Source of the DNA: Bacteroidales bacterium
Lineage (GTDB): Bacteria > Bacteroidota > Bacteroidia > Bacteroidales > CAIWKO01
Direction: 5' to 3'
Assembly: GCA_035389045.1 (NCBI GenBank)
Contig: DAOORA010000009.1
Location: 62,001 to 94,951 of the forward strand
DNA: 32,951 bases
Position numbers and translations under genes: made by a program
The notes under the pieces: model-generated
Told to the model about the DNA's origin: nothing
The model's database searches: none
What the model saw: only the letters and a program-made list of their open reading frames with translations
In this document: positions 9,916 to 19,685 of the stretch, piece by piece
Position numbering within the stretch: the stretch's first letter is position 1
Layout: each line of letters begins with the position of its first letter

Positions 9916-9939
9916 GAAATTGTTTCTAAGAATTTGTTT

Positions 9940-10980
9940 CTAAAAAAAATAAAAATCTGCCGGTATTATTCCTGTATTAATAGTGCCAAGCAAAGAACCG
10001 GCTGAAGAAAAATAATATACTCTTCCTTTCTGGACATAATCCACCGCATCTGCAACAAATATGTTGTTAGTCACAGGATTGACGGCTATTGCATGAAACA
10101 GGGCGGTTCCCTGGGGAATAAAAATATTTACGGGCAGTTCCTGAGCGGTCACCGCCATGCGAAATATACCATGACACATATAATAAATGCTGTCCTTTGT
10201 GCTATTCATCGCCATTTTATCCCAGATATCCAGCGGGGTGCTTAGCTGAAAAGTCTGTTCGACCTGCTTTATGGACAAATCGATTCTGTATAATGAAGCG
10301 TTAATATTATTACCGGCATCGCCGGCACACATCACCCACAACCTGCCGTTTTTATCCAGCTGAAGCGAATTGGAACCATAACCAACCTGTATGCTGTCGG
10401 TAATGACATCACTTACGGTGTTTATCAAGTAAATCTTGTCCGTCCTGGTATTGGTGACTATCATCATATCATCATACATCAGCATTTCTTCGGTACTTCC
10501 TTTACATGCAATGGTACCTGTAACAAGATTGCTGCTCAGATCAACGATGCTGATGTAATTGCTATACAGATCGCTGACATAGGCCTTGGAAGCACTCACG
10601 GGAATAAAATACCGGGGAGACATAAGCCCGCTGATCACGCCACAGGAAGTAAAATCACTCAGATTCACCACTTCTATTTTATTAGAGTTATTTACCACGA
10701 TATAGGCTTTGCCGTTATGAACACTGATGGACTGCGCCACATCACCCAGAGGCCGGGCATTTACATCCTTAAAAACATCCTCTTTATAATCGCCGTCAGT
10801 AAAATTATAATAAGTTACTGATGCATTACTCCATTGAAAATTACCTTCATTCACAATAAAGACGCCATGACTGCCGGTTGTTTCAATATCATGATCATCC
10901 GGTGGCGGATCTTTTTTACATGATACCAGAGAAATAACCGCGAAAACCCATAAACACAACAAGATATAAAGTTGTTTCAT
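9940..10980 (-). CDS. YncE-type beta-propeller lipoprotein, BtuG-like cobalamin-binding surface protein
   Basis: Lipobox LVSC-KKD; VFIVNEGNF, LGDVAQS, YIVVNNSNKIEVV, SPRY, DAVDY and GIIP. Last gene of the B12-riboswitch operon. Confidence 0.75.
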   Translation of the reverse strand: MKQLYILLCLWVFAVISLVSCKKDPPPDDHDIETTGSHGVFIVNEGNFQWSNASVTYYNFTDGDYKEDVFKDVNARPLGDVAQSISVHNGKAYIVVNNSNKIEVVNLSDFTSCGVISGLMSPRYFIPVSASKAYVSDLYSNYISIVDLSSNLVTGTIACKGSTEEMLMYDDMMIVTNTRTDKIYLINTVSDVITDSIQVGYGSNSLQLDKNGRLWVMCAGDAGNNINASLYRIDLSIKQVEQTFQLSTPLDIWDKMAMNSTKDSIYYMCHGIFRMAVTAQELPVNIFIPQGTALFHAIAVNPVTNNIFVADAVDYVQKGRVYYFSSAGSLLGTINTGIIPADFYFF

Positions 10981-10981
10981 A

Positions 10982-11965
10982 TTAATATTTGATTACTTTT
11001 TTTTGAAGGGTTGTAATTGTATTGCTGATCTTTAAAATGTAAATACCTGGGGGCAGGCCGGACAGGTTTATGGTTTCCAATGTACGATCACTCCTGATTT
11101 CATTAATTAATTCTCCTTTTATATTCCATAAGGAAATTTCAGATCGCTGATTCCCGGGATTCAATGAAATATACAGTAAGTCGTTAACGGGGTTGGGAAA
11201 TATGGTCAGGTCGCCTTTCCCGACATTCTCCGGAACAGCATTTAACGCCTGGTGTATCACGCCTACAGCGTCCAGGTCAAAACCGGATGTGGTAAACGGT
11301 GTCGGCCAGGGATCATTGACTTTATGGCCATAAGCGTCGTATGAAGCATATCCCGAATCAACAGAGCCGACAACATCTATGATTTTTATATGTGTAATAT
11401 TATTCAGGTCCAGGCCTGAAATTCCTTCAAGTTCCTGCAGGTCGAAGGGGGTTCCGTACATGGCCCGGTATTTACCGGCAAGGTTATTGATTTTTTCCGC
11501 ATCCAGGCTGTCATAGGGCCCTACCTGTAAAAGTGTGTCTGTAAGTGACACCGGAGGAAAACGGAAATAATGAATACCATCAGAACTCACCTCCACAAAA
11601 GCCAGTTCAAGAAAGTGATCGGAAAAAGAATTCTCGAAAACCGCAAAGTCCCATGATGCGCCATTCAGGACTGGTTTGTCAAAAGTCAATACCGCCACCC
11701 CGCCATCGCCCAGGCTCACCACACCGTTTGCTCCTGCCATGCCAACAGCCATAGAACTGTCCCCTGCGCCGGCCTTACCCAGCGAAGTATCTGCAATATG
11801 CTGCCATCCTCGAATGATATTACATCCGCTTGCCCAGGCAACAAAAACCGAACTGTCCTTGTAGATCGCTGTGCTGCCCGGTTGTCCGGCAGGAGGCGGA
11901 AACTGTCCCAAAACATCAAAAACCAGAAAAAAGCATAGTAAGATACTGACAACAAATAATTTCAT
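10982..11965 (-). CDS. secreted protein with T9SS type A C-terminal sorting domain (uncharacterised cell-surface domain)
   Basis: Signal peptide, then VSLGDGG...DFAVFENSF...ELAFVEVSSDG...GFDLDAVG, then CTD IFPNPVND...LPPGIYILKI...KKVIK. Confidence 0.75.
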   Translation of the reverse strand: MKLFVVSILLCFFLVFDVLGQFPPPAGQPGSTAIYKDSSVFVAWASGCNIIRGWQHIADTSLGKAGAGDSSMAVGMAGANGVVSLGDGGVAVLTFDKPVLNGASWDFAVFENSFSDHFLELAFVEVSSDGIHYFRFPPVSLTDTLLQVGPYDSLDAEKINNLAGKYRAMYGTPFDLQELEGISGLDLNNITHIKIIDVVGSVDSGYASYDAYGHKVNDPWPTPFTTSGFDLDAVGVIHQALNAVPENVGKGDLTIFPNPVNDLLYISLNPGNQRSEISLWNIKGELINEIRSDRTLETINLSGLPPGIYILKISNTITTLQKKVIKY

Positions 11966-11967
11966 CC

Positions 11968-12966
11968 TTATTTTTTTACAAACTTTGTATAATACACTGA
12001 ATTACCATTGTGAATCTGCAGAAAATATATGCCGCCCGCTAAATCTTTCACATGTATTTTTTGATCGGTTATCTGTAAACAGCGGACCTGTTTGCCCGTT
12101 ATATCAAAAATATGTAATACAGAGTTTTCATCCATGCCCCGTATGATGAGCCAATCCTCAGCAGGGCATGGATAGACGTCAATTTTCTCTGATGCTATCC
12201 CGGCAATCCCAGCCGCGCTATTGTTATCAGTAATCAAATTATCCATACAGAAATATGAAGGATTATTCATACCAAACGCACCTGTATCCGAAGAAAACAT
12301 GTTAAACTCAAGGCTGTCAACCATTCCCAGAACACTCAAATCGACCCATTGCCAGTCTTTCACGATATAGTCCTGGGCAGAGGCCGTAAACCTGTAATCC
12401 GCAAGATAAAACGTCACACTGTCGGACTTTCTGCTTCCGTCCTTATAACCGTATACCACCAGTGCGAACCAGTCGGGATCGGCACCTGTCGCACCACCGA
12501 ATTTCCTGGCCGGGCCGCCGCCATTTCTCATCGTCAGGTAGCCATAGGTTGAATTCGTGACAAAAAAACCGCTGAGTGTATCTCCCAGAGCAATGCCATT
12601 CATCCTGATCTTAGGCAGCGGCTCGAAAGCGCTTACATAACATACGGCATATTTATCCGATGCTCCGTATCCCAGGGCTGTAATGGCGCTGAATTCATTA
12701 GTATAGCTTTGTGACGTGGTATCGCGTTTATTTGAATATGCAAATCCGCTCCAGGAAGTGATTCCTCCGCCCCAGTCAGTAAACCTGTTGACGAAGGATG
12801 CATTGCCGCTTACAAAAGATCCGCTTAAATCGGAACCATTCCAGCAGCTGTCATCAGCCAAAACAAGGTTTTCAAAATCAGCAACAGTCTGAGCCGTAGT
12901 AGTTCCGGCCAGCATTAATGCGTCGATTGTCAGTAGGGCGCTTAAAAGAAGATAAAACTTTTTCAT
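11968..12966 (-). CDS. DUF4465 domain protein with T9SS sorting domain
   Basis: WSGFAYSN, VTNSTYGY, FYLADYRF, WQWVDLSVLG, SSDTGAFGMNNPSYFCMDN, and CTD VYPCPA...GIYFLQI...TKFVK. Confidence 0.85.
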   Translation of the reverse strand: MKKFYLLLSALLTIDALMLAGTTTAQTVADFENLVLADDSCWNGSDLSGSFVSGNASFVNRFTDWGGGITSWSGFAYSNKRDTTSQSYTNEFSAITALGYGASDKYAVCYVSAFEPLPKIRMNGIALGDTLSGFFVTNSTYGYLTMRNGGGPARKFGGATGADPDWFALVVYGYKDGSRKSDSVTFYLADYRFTASAQDYIVKDWQWVDLSVLGMVDSLEFNMFSSDTGAFGMNNPSYFCMDNLITDNNSAAGIAGIASEKIDVYPCPAEDWLIIRGMDENSVLHIFDITGKQVRCLQITDQKIHVKDLAGGIYFLQIHNGNSVYYTKFVKK

Positions 12967-14882
12967 GATTTTTTCTTTATAGAGTGTTTAAAATTTATCT
13001 GAATTCCTGTTTTAAAGTTTATTCCGGGCATCGCCTGCCAGGCAACGGACTGATAGCGCTGATCCCATATATTATTTACCGCAAGAAAAACGTTTACGGC
13101 AAATGCTTTATATTGAAAATCACGCGATATATACAAATTCCCCAGAACATATGCGTCCAGAAAATCCGAATTATCCGGTGAAGTATAACATCTGGAATTA
13201 TATACGGCATCAAAACCAAAATCGTATAATTTGTAACTGATATTTAAACCTGCATGGGCGACCCACTCAGGAGTATATATCAGTTGACGGCCAATAGCGC
13301 TTTGGTTATTGCTTCGCTGCACGGTAGCATTTACGTATGCAAGTTTTCCTGAAAAGCCAAATCTGATCTGTTTTACATGAGTATATAGTCTGAGATCGAT
13401 CTCTGCACCTTTGCTCCATACAGCCTGAATATTCTGAGGTGACCAGTAAGACGACACCGGCAGCCAGATGATCCAGTTTTTGGTATTGATATTATATCCG
13501 GAAACGGAATAGCTGAATGAAACATGCTCCCGATGCATCATGTGTTTTATTCCTAATTCCTCAGCAAAGCCGCTTTCAGGTTTCAGCCCGGGGTTGCCGC
13601 CCGGGTTCCAGTACAGGTCATTGAGTGTCGGAATCCGGTAATTTCTGCTTACATTGAAATACAGAAACATATCCTTATACAGACGGACATCCATAGCTAC
13701 GGAAGGCAATACCGGTACAAAACTATTATTGCTGTATTCCTCTCTCAGTCCGAGGTTCAGTTTCCATTTGTCACTCTTGTCTGTGGCTGTATAGGATACA
13801 AAAGCAGAAAGCTCCTGCTGTGATTGCCGGTGAAGGTAATAGTCGCAGTATCCCGATGTGTACTTATAATGGATACCCACATTCATGGTGTGGTACGGAA
13901 ACAATTTGAAATAAATTTCGCTTTCCGTCACCGAGGCTGTTGTTCCGCTCGCTGAATTGACTGAACGTTCGGGGTCCTTATAAGTGTATTTATCAATAAG
14001 CAGAGCTGTACGGACAAAAAGTTTATATGTTGCACCTTTATTGACCCATTCAACGGCAGGTCTGAAAAAATTATCCCCCTGCCGTGCATTGCTGTATTCC
14101 TGTGTCATCAGGGGCGGTATCTGCCGTTTGCTTTCCTGTATCCATAATCGGATGGTCAGTTGGTTTTTATTGTTAATTTTTATTGCTTTATCATGTATAA
14201 CCCCATAACTGACCGTTTCCGAATTGGTTTGCTTTTCCCTGGGAGCACCGTATTTTGCAGTATTTATAAACGAAAAATCATTTTTTCCGGCATGATAAAA
14301 TGCCTTCACCATTATAGTTGATTTTTTCCCGCTCAGGCCAAGCTTCAGGTTGACAGAATAGTTTCCGTAGCTTGCGTAATAACCACCTACCGACACATCC
14401 AGTCCTTTATTATATTCAGGTTCATTAGAAAGATGAATGGCGCCTCCCATAGCGCCGCCGCCATATAATGCAGCCATACCATTGTACTGAACTGAAATTT
14501 TATTCATAAAATCTACCGGTATCATCGATATATCCAATCCGCCGTTCATTGGATTCTGGATATTAAATCCGTTCCACAATACTGCGGTTTGCGAGGTTCC
14601 GCTGCCTCTGACAGAAACAGTACTCATACCGTTTATGCCATTGGATTTTATATACACGGAAGTGTTCTGCAGAAGAAGCCGGCCAAGGTCGCCGGCAGCA
14701 AAATGTTTCATGGCAACCGAATCAATCTGATCTTTCCGTACGCCGCATACCGCATTTGAAAAACGGTCGGTAGCCACTTCCACACCATTTATCACATAAA
14801 CGGAATCGGTCAGATTTTTCTGACCAGCAGCGCCGATGACCAGCAAAACAAGAAAAAGAAAACTACCACAACCTCTTTTCAC
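12963..14882 (-). CDS. btuB: TonB-dependent receptor, probable cobalamin transporter
   Basis: Plug motif SVRGSGTSQTAVLWNGFNI...ALYGGGAMGGAIHL; barrel motifs RIPTLNDLYW, GNPGLKPE, NNIWDQRY and MPGINF. GTG start, directly downstream of a cobalamin riboswitch. Confidence 0.8.
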   Translation of the reverse strand: MKRGCGSFLFLVLLVIGAAGQKNLTDSVYVINGVEVATDRFSNAVCGVRKDQIDSVAMKHFAAGDLGRLLLQNTSVYIKSNGINGMSTVSVRGSGTSQTAVLWNGFNIQNPMNGGLDISMIPVDFMNKISVQYNGMAALYGGGAMGGAIHLSNEPEYNKGLDVSVGGYYASYGNYSVNLKLGLSGKKSTIMVKAFYHAGKNDFSFINTAKYGAPREKQTNSETVSYGVIHDKAIKINNKNQLTIRLWIQESKRQIPPLMTQEYSNARQGDNFFRPAVEWVNKGATYKLFVRTALLIDKYTYKDPERSVNSASGTTASVTESEIYFKLFPYHTMNVGIHYKYTSGYCDYYLHRQSQQELSAFVSYTATDKSDKWKLNLGLREEYSNNSFVPVLPSVAMDVRLYKDMFLYFNVSRNYRIPTLNDLYWNPGGNPGLKPESGFAEELGIKHMMHREHVSFSYSVSGYNINTKNWIIWLPVSSYWSPQNIQAVWSKGAEIDLRLYTHVKQIRFGFSGKLAYVNATVQRSNNQSAIGRQLIYTPEWVAHAGLNISYKLYDFGFDAVYNSRCYTSPDNSDFLDAYVLGNLYISRDFQYKAFAVNVFLAVNNIWDQRYQSVAWQAMPGINFKTGIQINFKHSIKKKS

Positions 14883-14991
14883 AGTTCAGTTCTTTTTGTA
14901 TTATTGCCAGCAGTCTGAGAAAAAAACAGATAATGTCATACGGTTTATCCATTCAAGCTTTTTTCCCCGAAAGCCATAAATAACAGGTTCA

Positions 14992-15165
14992 TGAAACGGC
15001 AGGTTTTCTGACTTGTCCCCTTTTCAGGCGTCTTCCCATCCCGCCAGGGCGGGACAGTGACCAAGAGTGCCTAAAAGTTAAACAGAACTCACAGCAGCGG
15101 GTACTGTTCAGGTTTTTCACCTGATTCCCTTTACCACAAAAAAAATTTCTGCGGGCACCATTTCA
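14992..15165 (-). promoter_or_regulatory. cobalamin (B12) riboswitch
   Basis: Minus strand reads TGAAATGGTG...AAAGGGAATCAGGTGAAAAACCTGAACAGTACCCGCTGCTGTGA...GTCACTG...GGGAAGAC...AAGTCAGAAAACCTGCCGTTTCA, containing the B12 box and P1 pairing. TACTTTTG promoter box at 15177-15170. Confidence 0.92.
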
Positions 15166-15241
15166 CAGGCAAAAGTATAAATTTATTATCGGATAAAAAT
15201 AAACAGCTAAAAATAGTTATAAACAAGGATGTGTAGACCAA

Positions 15242-16159
15242 TCATCGGATACGTATTTTCTGCCCGATCTGCAGCAGACTTTTGGGTGTAAGCCGGTTTA
15301 ATTTGCACAGCGCCGATACGGACGTTCCATATTTTACCGCAATATGGCCCAGGGTGTCACCTTTTTTTACGTAGTGATAATTTCCCGTGCTCTTATATCC
15401 GCTTTTTGAAGCAGATGATTTTTTACTCGCATAGGTCTGGCTGCGCGTTTTATCAAATGTTTTACTGGTAATAAACAGGGTGTCATTTAACAGCTGGTAC
15501 TTATCAAAGTCGATGACTTTCTTGGGATTCATGGGTGTTCCCAGATAACGGACTTCAAAGTGAAGATGAGGCCCCGTGGAGCGTCCGGTGCTGCCCCCAT
15601 AACCCAGCAAGGTCCCGGCTTTTACCATCTGGTTTTCACGCACCCGGAAACCCGACATATGTCCGTAAACGGTTTCAAGCCCGTTAAAATGCCTGACAAC
15701 CACGACATTACCATAACCTCTATGGTATTTTGCTATACGGATCATTCCGTCGAAAGCACATTTCACACTGTCGCCTGTATTCAGGTCCACATCCGTACCA
15801 TAATGAAAACGCCTGTGGCGGTAACCATATTCTGAAGTGACTCTTCCTTTTATCGGATGCGAATAAAAGTTGGTACTGTTATCACATAACAAAAGTATTG
15901 TGGTGTCGGTTTTTTTCGAAAAATCAATATGAGGATAATAGATGCCGTTGTTATCCCAGGATTCATAGAGCTCACTGGCAGGAAAAAACTCAGAAAGAGA
16001 ATCCGTATCGTCATAAAAATTGGAACGCAGATCTATACTGTCATTAATGCTTTCAATAATTTCAAAAGGAGCGTCATTGTTCTGCGCATACAAGACTGAC
16101 GACGGTATCAGTATGCCCGCAAATCCCCAAAAAAGTAAACGTAATAATTTCCAAATCAT
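15242..16159 (-). CDS. M23 family metallopeptidase with C-terminal LysM domain
   Basis: HYGTD, YGHM and STGRSTGPHLHFE motifs; LysM YHYVKKGDTLGHIAVKYG...LQIGQKIR. Confidence 0.92.
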   Translation of the reverse strand: MIWKLLRLLFWGFAGILIPSSVLYAQNNDAPFEIIESINDSIDLRSNFYDDTDSLSEFFPASELYESWDNNGIYYPHIDFSKKTDTTILLLCDNSTNFYSHPIKGRVTSEYGYRHRRFHYGTDVDLNTGDSVKCAFDGMIRIAKYHRGYGNVVVVRHFNGLETVYGHMSGFRVRENQMVKAGTLLGYGGSTGRSTGPHLHFEVRYLGTPMNPKKVIDFDKYQLLNDTLFITSKTFDKTRSQTYASKKSSASKSGYKSTGNYHYVKKGDTLGHIAVKYGTSVSALCKLNRLTPKSLLQIGQKIRIR

Positions 16160-16332
16160 TTTAATCCAAACGTGAAAACAAGCTGTATCTCATTAGAGTT
16201 AATGATAACAACAAGCAAGGTTGTTTTACATTTACAAAAATACAATTTTCTGAATACTGACAAAGTTTTTTTTCAACAACTATAATGAACAGCACCATGT
16301 AACCGATTCTTTTTATCTCTGCAACAGGTAAA

Positions 16333-16509
16333 TAGTGTATGTTCGAAAACTCCATTTTATTCGGTATGCTAGTTCCCAAACTGCTTGTTATGGCACACTT
16401 ATCGCATCGCATTAGCATGAGAAAGTTTCGATTTTTCTGTTTCGCGTGCCCAAATGACATAGTCATCGCCGGGCATCCTCCGAAAATGAAATTATAAATT
16501 CAAACACTA
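16333..16509. mobile_element. MITE-like element, degenerate copy 2 (inverted relative to copy 1)
   Basis: The first 53 nt (TAGTGTATGTTCGAAAACTCCATTTTATTCGGTATGCTAGTTCCCAAACTGCT) match the reverse complement of the right end of 4394-4563 at 43/53 by hand alignment. It ends in ...ATTCAAACACTA, similar to ...ATTCAGACACT of copy 1. Confidence 0.65.
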
Positions 16510-16861
16510 TGTTTCCGGCCAGACAAAAATTGATAAGTACAATCCTGAATAAAACCCTTTCCCGCTCATTTATGATTCCGGCAAATCTCATCAGTATATA
16601 TTATTATTTCACATTAAGATAAATTTTGCCATTTTCTTATTTTTTTATGTATTTTTGATAAAATTTTCATTATTTTTTCAATGATTTCTGATTTTATTTA
16701 AAAAAAAGTTTTTCTTTTGTAACCAAATTGAAAAAAAACAGTATAAAACGTATTGATAAAAAATTCATATTTTTTTATTTGTTCATTTGAAAATTTTATT
16801 AGTTTTACTGTCGTTTATTAATTGTGTAGAAAAAGATACTGGAAAAAGATAATTAGAAGAT

Positions 16862-17113
16862 ATGAAGTACTTAAAAAAATGGTACGTGATATTGTTGGCG
16901 GTGTTTATTGCAGAGATCACCTTTGACTCATGCAACCGGCATTACCGTTACAAAAGAATGATCAAACGCAGACGAACTGCAATAGCAAAAAGGTATCATT
17001 CACCTTATCAGAAAAAATTAAAAAAGAATATCATCCCGATCAACAAAAATTATATCATCAAAAACAAACGCAATACATCGGGGGTGCCCGGCTATGGCAA
17101 CCGGAGGAAATAA
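16862..17113 (+). CDS. small, highly basic putative lipoprotein
   Basis: Hydrophobic N-terminus ending FDSC, K/R-rich mature part, followed immediately by a terminator. Confidence 0.55.
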   Translation: MKYLKKWYVILLAVFIAEITFDSCNRHYRYKRMIKRRRTAIAKRYHSPYQKKLKKNIIPINKNYIIKNKRNTSGVPGYGNRRK

Positions 17114-17146
17114 AAAAAAGAGGCTGGGAACAGCCTCTTTTTTTTG
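17113..17146. terminator. bidirectional intrinsic terminator
   Basis: AAAAAAAGAGGCTG-GGAA-CAGCCTCTTTTTTTT between convergent genes. Confidence 0.85.
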
Positions 17147-17161
17147 AAATTAAAAAAACTT

Positions 17162-18889
17162 TTATTGCAGTTTCATTATTTTCGAAGTTATGGTATTGGT
17201 TTCCGAAGCTACCTTTAGCATGTAATATCCTTTTGCCAGTTCATCAGCCAGGTTAATGATGATATTATTACATCCCGGATTCTTTGAAATATCGTTTTTT
17301 TCAAACACGATCTTTCCTGCCAGGTCGATAAGCTGAACATCGACGGCAGAAGTATCTCCCGAATAAAAAACGATCTGAAACATATCGGTGAACGGATTAG
17401 GGAAAACCGTCATGGCATTTTCAGTATCAAAATTATGGATGGCATCCCCTTTCAGAATGATATCGGCTGCGCTCATGTTCGGTATGCCATACCCGTAATC
17501 GTCATCAGGGTCGAGGAATCTGCTTGATGAGGCAATGACCGCTTCCATGATCTTCAGGTTTGTTTTGGCGAGGTTAGCCTGCCATAAACAGGCCACTGAC
17601 CCCGCCATAACAGGTGAAGAAAACGATGTGCCGTTGCCCGACATGATATTTCCGGAAACTGATGATACAAAGGTTCCCTGCCCGATGGCGCATACCGAAG
17701 GTTTGACACGGCCATCGGCTGTCGGGCCGCGGGAACTGAACGGAGCTATCTTTCCGTTTTTATCCACGGCTCCCACGGTAAGAACATTTTCAGCATCGGC
17801 AGGAGCGCCGATGTAATGCCAATCATTATTTCCGGAGTTTCCGGCGCTGTTACAAACCAGTATCCCTTTGCCGGCAGCAATTTCTGCACCCAGCGACGCC
17901 CTGGCGACCTTACCGTTCATTTCGGCATAGGTATGGTCCCAGACCGGATTAAAAAAATCAGTATACCCCAGGGAAGAGTTTATTATGTCAGCGCCAACAC
18001 TGTCGGCAAACTCGGCTGCAACCACCCAATTGTCTTCTTCAACAGGATATTCGCTGTCGGAATCTTCGGATCGTAACAGCCAGTATTCTGCTTCGGGAGC
18101 AGTGCCGATGAGGCCTCCGGGGACATTGCCGCCCATGATGGACAACACCATCATCCCATGGGTGCTGCGTGCAAAGACATTACCTCCGGGTTCCACAAAA
18201 TCTTTGGTGCCTAAAATGCGGTTGTTAGCCCATAGACTATCGAAAACAGAAATCGAATCGACCTTATAAAAACCGGCATCCAAAACGGCTATGACCATTC
18301 CCTGCCCGCAATAATTCTGTTTATGCAAATAATCTGTACCGATCATATGTATCTGATTGTAGGCATTTCCATATTCAAACCTTCCGGTACTCAGCACCGT
18401 CGGGTATTTTTCGAAATTATTCATGTACCGGCCATCAGCAGCAGTGATTAACCCGCCCAAACTCTTACTGCCGTCCATGGTATCTTTTCTTTTTTTCAAT
18501 TTCTCGCCTTTTTTTAAGGAAGTTTCGGCCAGCGAATCAATATCAGCAACAAAAGGTAAAGCGCTGATCTTTGAAAGTACGGCAGTATCAGTTGTCCCGA
18601 CCGTGATGCAGTTAAACCATTTCGAAACCGTGTAAACCTGCGCCCCCGTATTTCTAACGCTGTCAATATACCATGAATTCACCGGCAGATCCGCAGTGTT
18701 AATGGCGATATGCTGACGCTCCCGCCGTTCTATGGCTCTGGCCGATAAATACTGTGCAGGGTTCTCTATCGTATAGGGTGAATCATTCTTATCTGTAAAA
18801 CTGATCCGGTATTTCGAAACAACATATTGAGCTTCAGCAGCACTGAAAACAAAAATAAAGGCTATAAGAAAAAAACTTTTCTTCATCAT
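17162..18889 (-). CDS. S8 family serine peptidase with T9SS sorting domain
   Basis: Catalytic triad IAVLDAGF / HGMMVLS / GNGTSFSSP, plus NSAGN and CTD VFPNPF...GYYMLKV. Confidence 0.92.
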   Translation of the reverse strand: MMKKSFFLIAFIFVFSAAEAQYVVSKYRISFTDKNDSPYTIENPAQYLSARAIERRERQHIAINTADLPVNSWYIDSVRNTGAQVYTVSKWFNCITVGTTDTAVLSKISALPFVADIDSLAETSLKKGEKLKKRKDTMDGSKSLGGLITAADGRYMNNFEKYPTVLSTGRFEYGNAYNQIHMIGTDYLHKQNYCGQGMVIAVLDAGFYKVDSISVFDSLWANNRILGTKDFVEPGGNVFARSTHGMMVLSIMGGNVPGGLIGTAPEAEYWLLRSEDSDSEYPVEEDNWVVAAEFADSVGADIINSSLGYTDFFNPVWDHTYAEMNGKVARASLGAEIAAGKGILVCNSAGNSGNNDWHYIGAPADAENVLTVGAVDKNGKIAPFSSRGPTADGRVKPSVCAIGQGTFVSSVSGNIMSGNGTSFSSPVMAGSVACLWQANLAKTNLKIMEAVIASSSRFLDPDDDYGYGIPNMSAADIILKGDAIHNFDTENAMTVFPNPFTDMFQIVFYSGDTSAVDVQLIDLAGKIVFEKNDISKNPGCNNIIINLADELAKGYYMLKVASETNTITSKIMKLQ

Positions 18890-18896
18890 GATGTAA

Positions 18897-19571
18897 TTAA
18901 TTCCCGTAAGAGTGTAAAGTGTATGTATAGTCTGTCCCGCTTTTTATTGTGCCGACAGGTTCTTTTTCCAGTGAAACATATTTTTTATAGACCAGACCAA
19001 TGTGAGCGGCATAAATCTCCTCCTGAAAATCTTCACTGATCAGGGTTGAACCATTTTTCTGAACCACTGTTACCGTAGAATCCAGGATTGTATGATTAAT
19101 GGTGGCAACCTTATGAACATCCTGGTATTTATATACCTGCTCCCCGAGCATGTTATAATTGTTCCCGTTCCATTTAAGGGATTCCCTGACCGGAAATATG
19201 AGCTTGATGATGCGCAGATTTTCCTCAACCCGCTCGGCACAAGAGCTGGTAAGTGTTTCAAACCATACGTCTTTGATCTTCCATGCAGCGGTGTCGGAAT
19301 ACCTGATGTAACGTTCGAGTCTTTGACTTCGCCTCCCCGAATTATCAGTAAAAACCGATTCGACATATTCTTTAATCTGATAATGAAAACTGTCAACCGT
19401 ACCGGTAAAATCATTATAGCTGACCGAATCTACATTATACACCACCCAATGGCCGGTATTTACAGGGAAATATTTATATCCCATATCAACCGGTTCAGCG
19501 GTTTCTTTTTTGCAGGAAAAAAAAGTCACCGTAAGAAGAAAAGACACTAAAACATAGCCGAATTTCCTCAT
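18897..19571 (-). CDS. hypothetical lipoprotein
   Basis: Lipobox FFSC-KKE; YFPVNTGHWVVY and EIYAAHIGLVYK motifs typical of a Bacteroidota lipoprotein family. Confidence 0.75.
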   Translation of the reverse strand: MRKFGYVLVSFLLTVTFFSCKKETAEPVDMGYKYFPVNTGHWVVYNVDSVSYNDFTGTVDSFHYQIKEYVESVFTDNSGRRSQRLERYIRYSDTAAWKIKDVWFETLTSSCAERVEENLRIIKLIFPVRESLKWNGNNYNMLGEQVYKYQDVHKVATINHTILDSTVTVVQKNGSTLISEDFQEEIYAAHIGLVYKKYVSLEKEPVGTIKSGTDYTYTLHSYGN

Positions 19572-19685
19572 AAATAATCTTTATGCGAAGTTACTAAAAA
19601 TATTCATATTTCGTCAACATTTTTTATGGATACGACCAAACTTTTCCAGAAACTTTCTATTTTTCTCAAAGAGATTCAGTACTTC

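Noticed and set aside
16161..16466. 101-aa minus-strand ORF upstream of the M23 gene
   Set aside because: No recognisable motifs, and its 5' part lies inside the decayed MITE copy.
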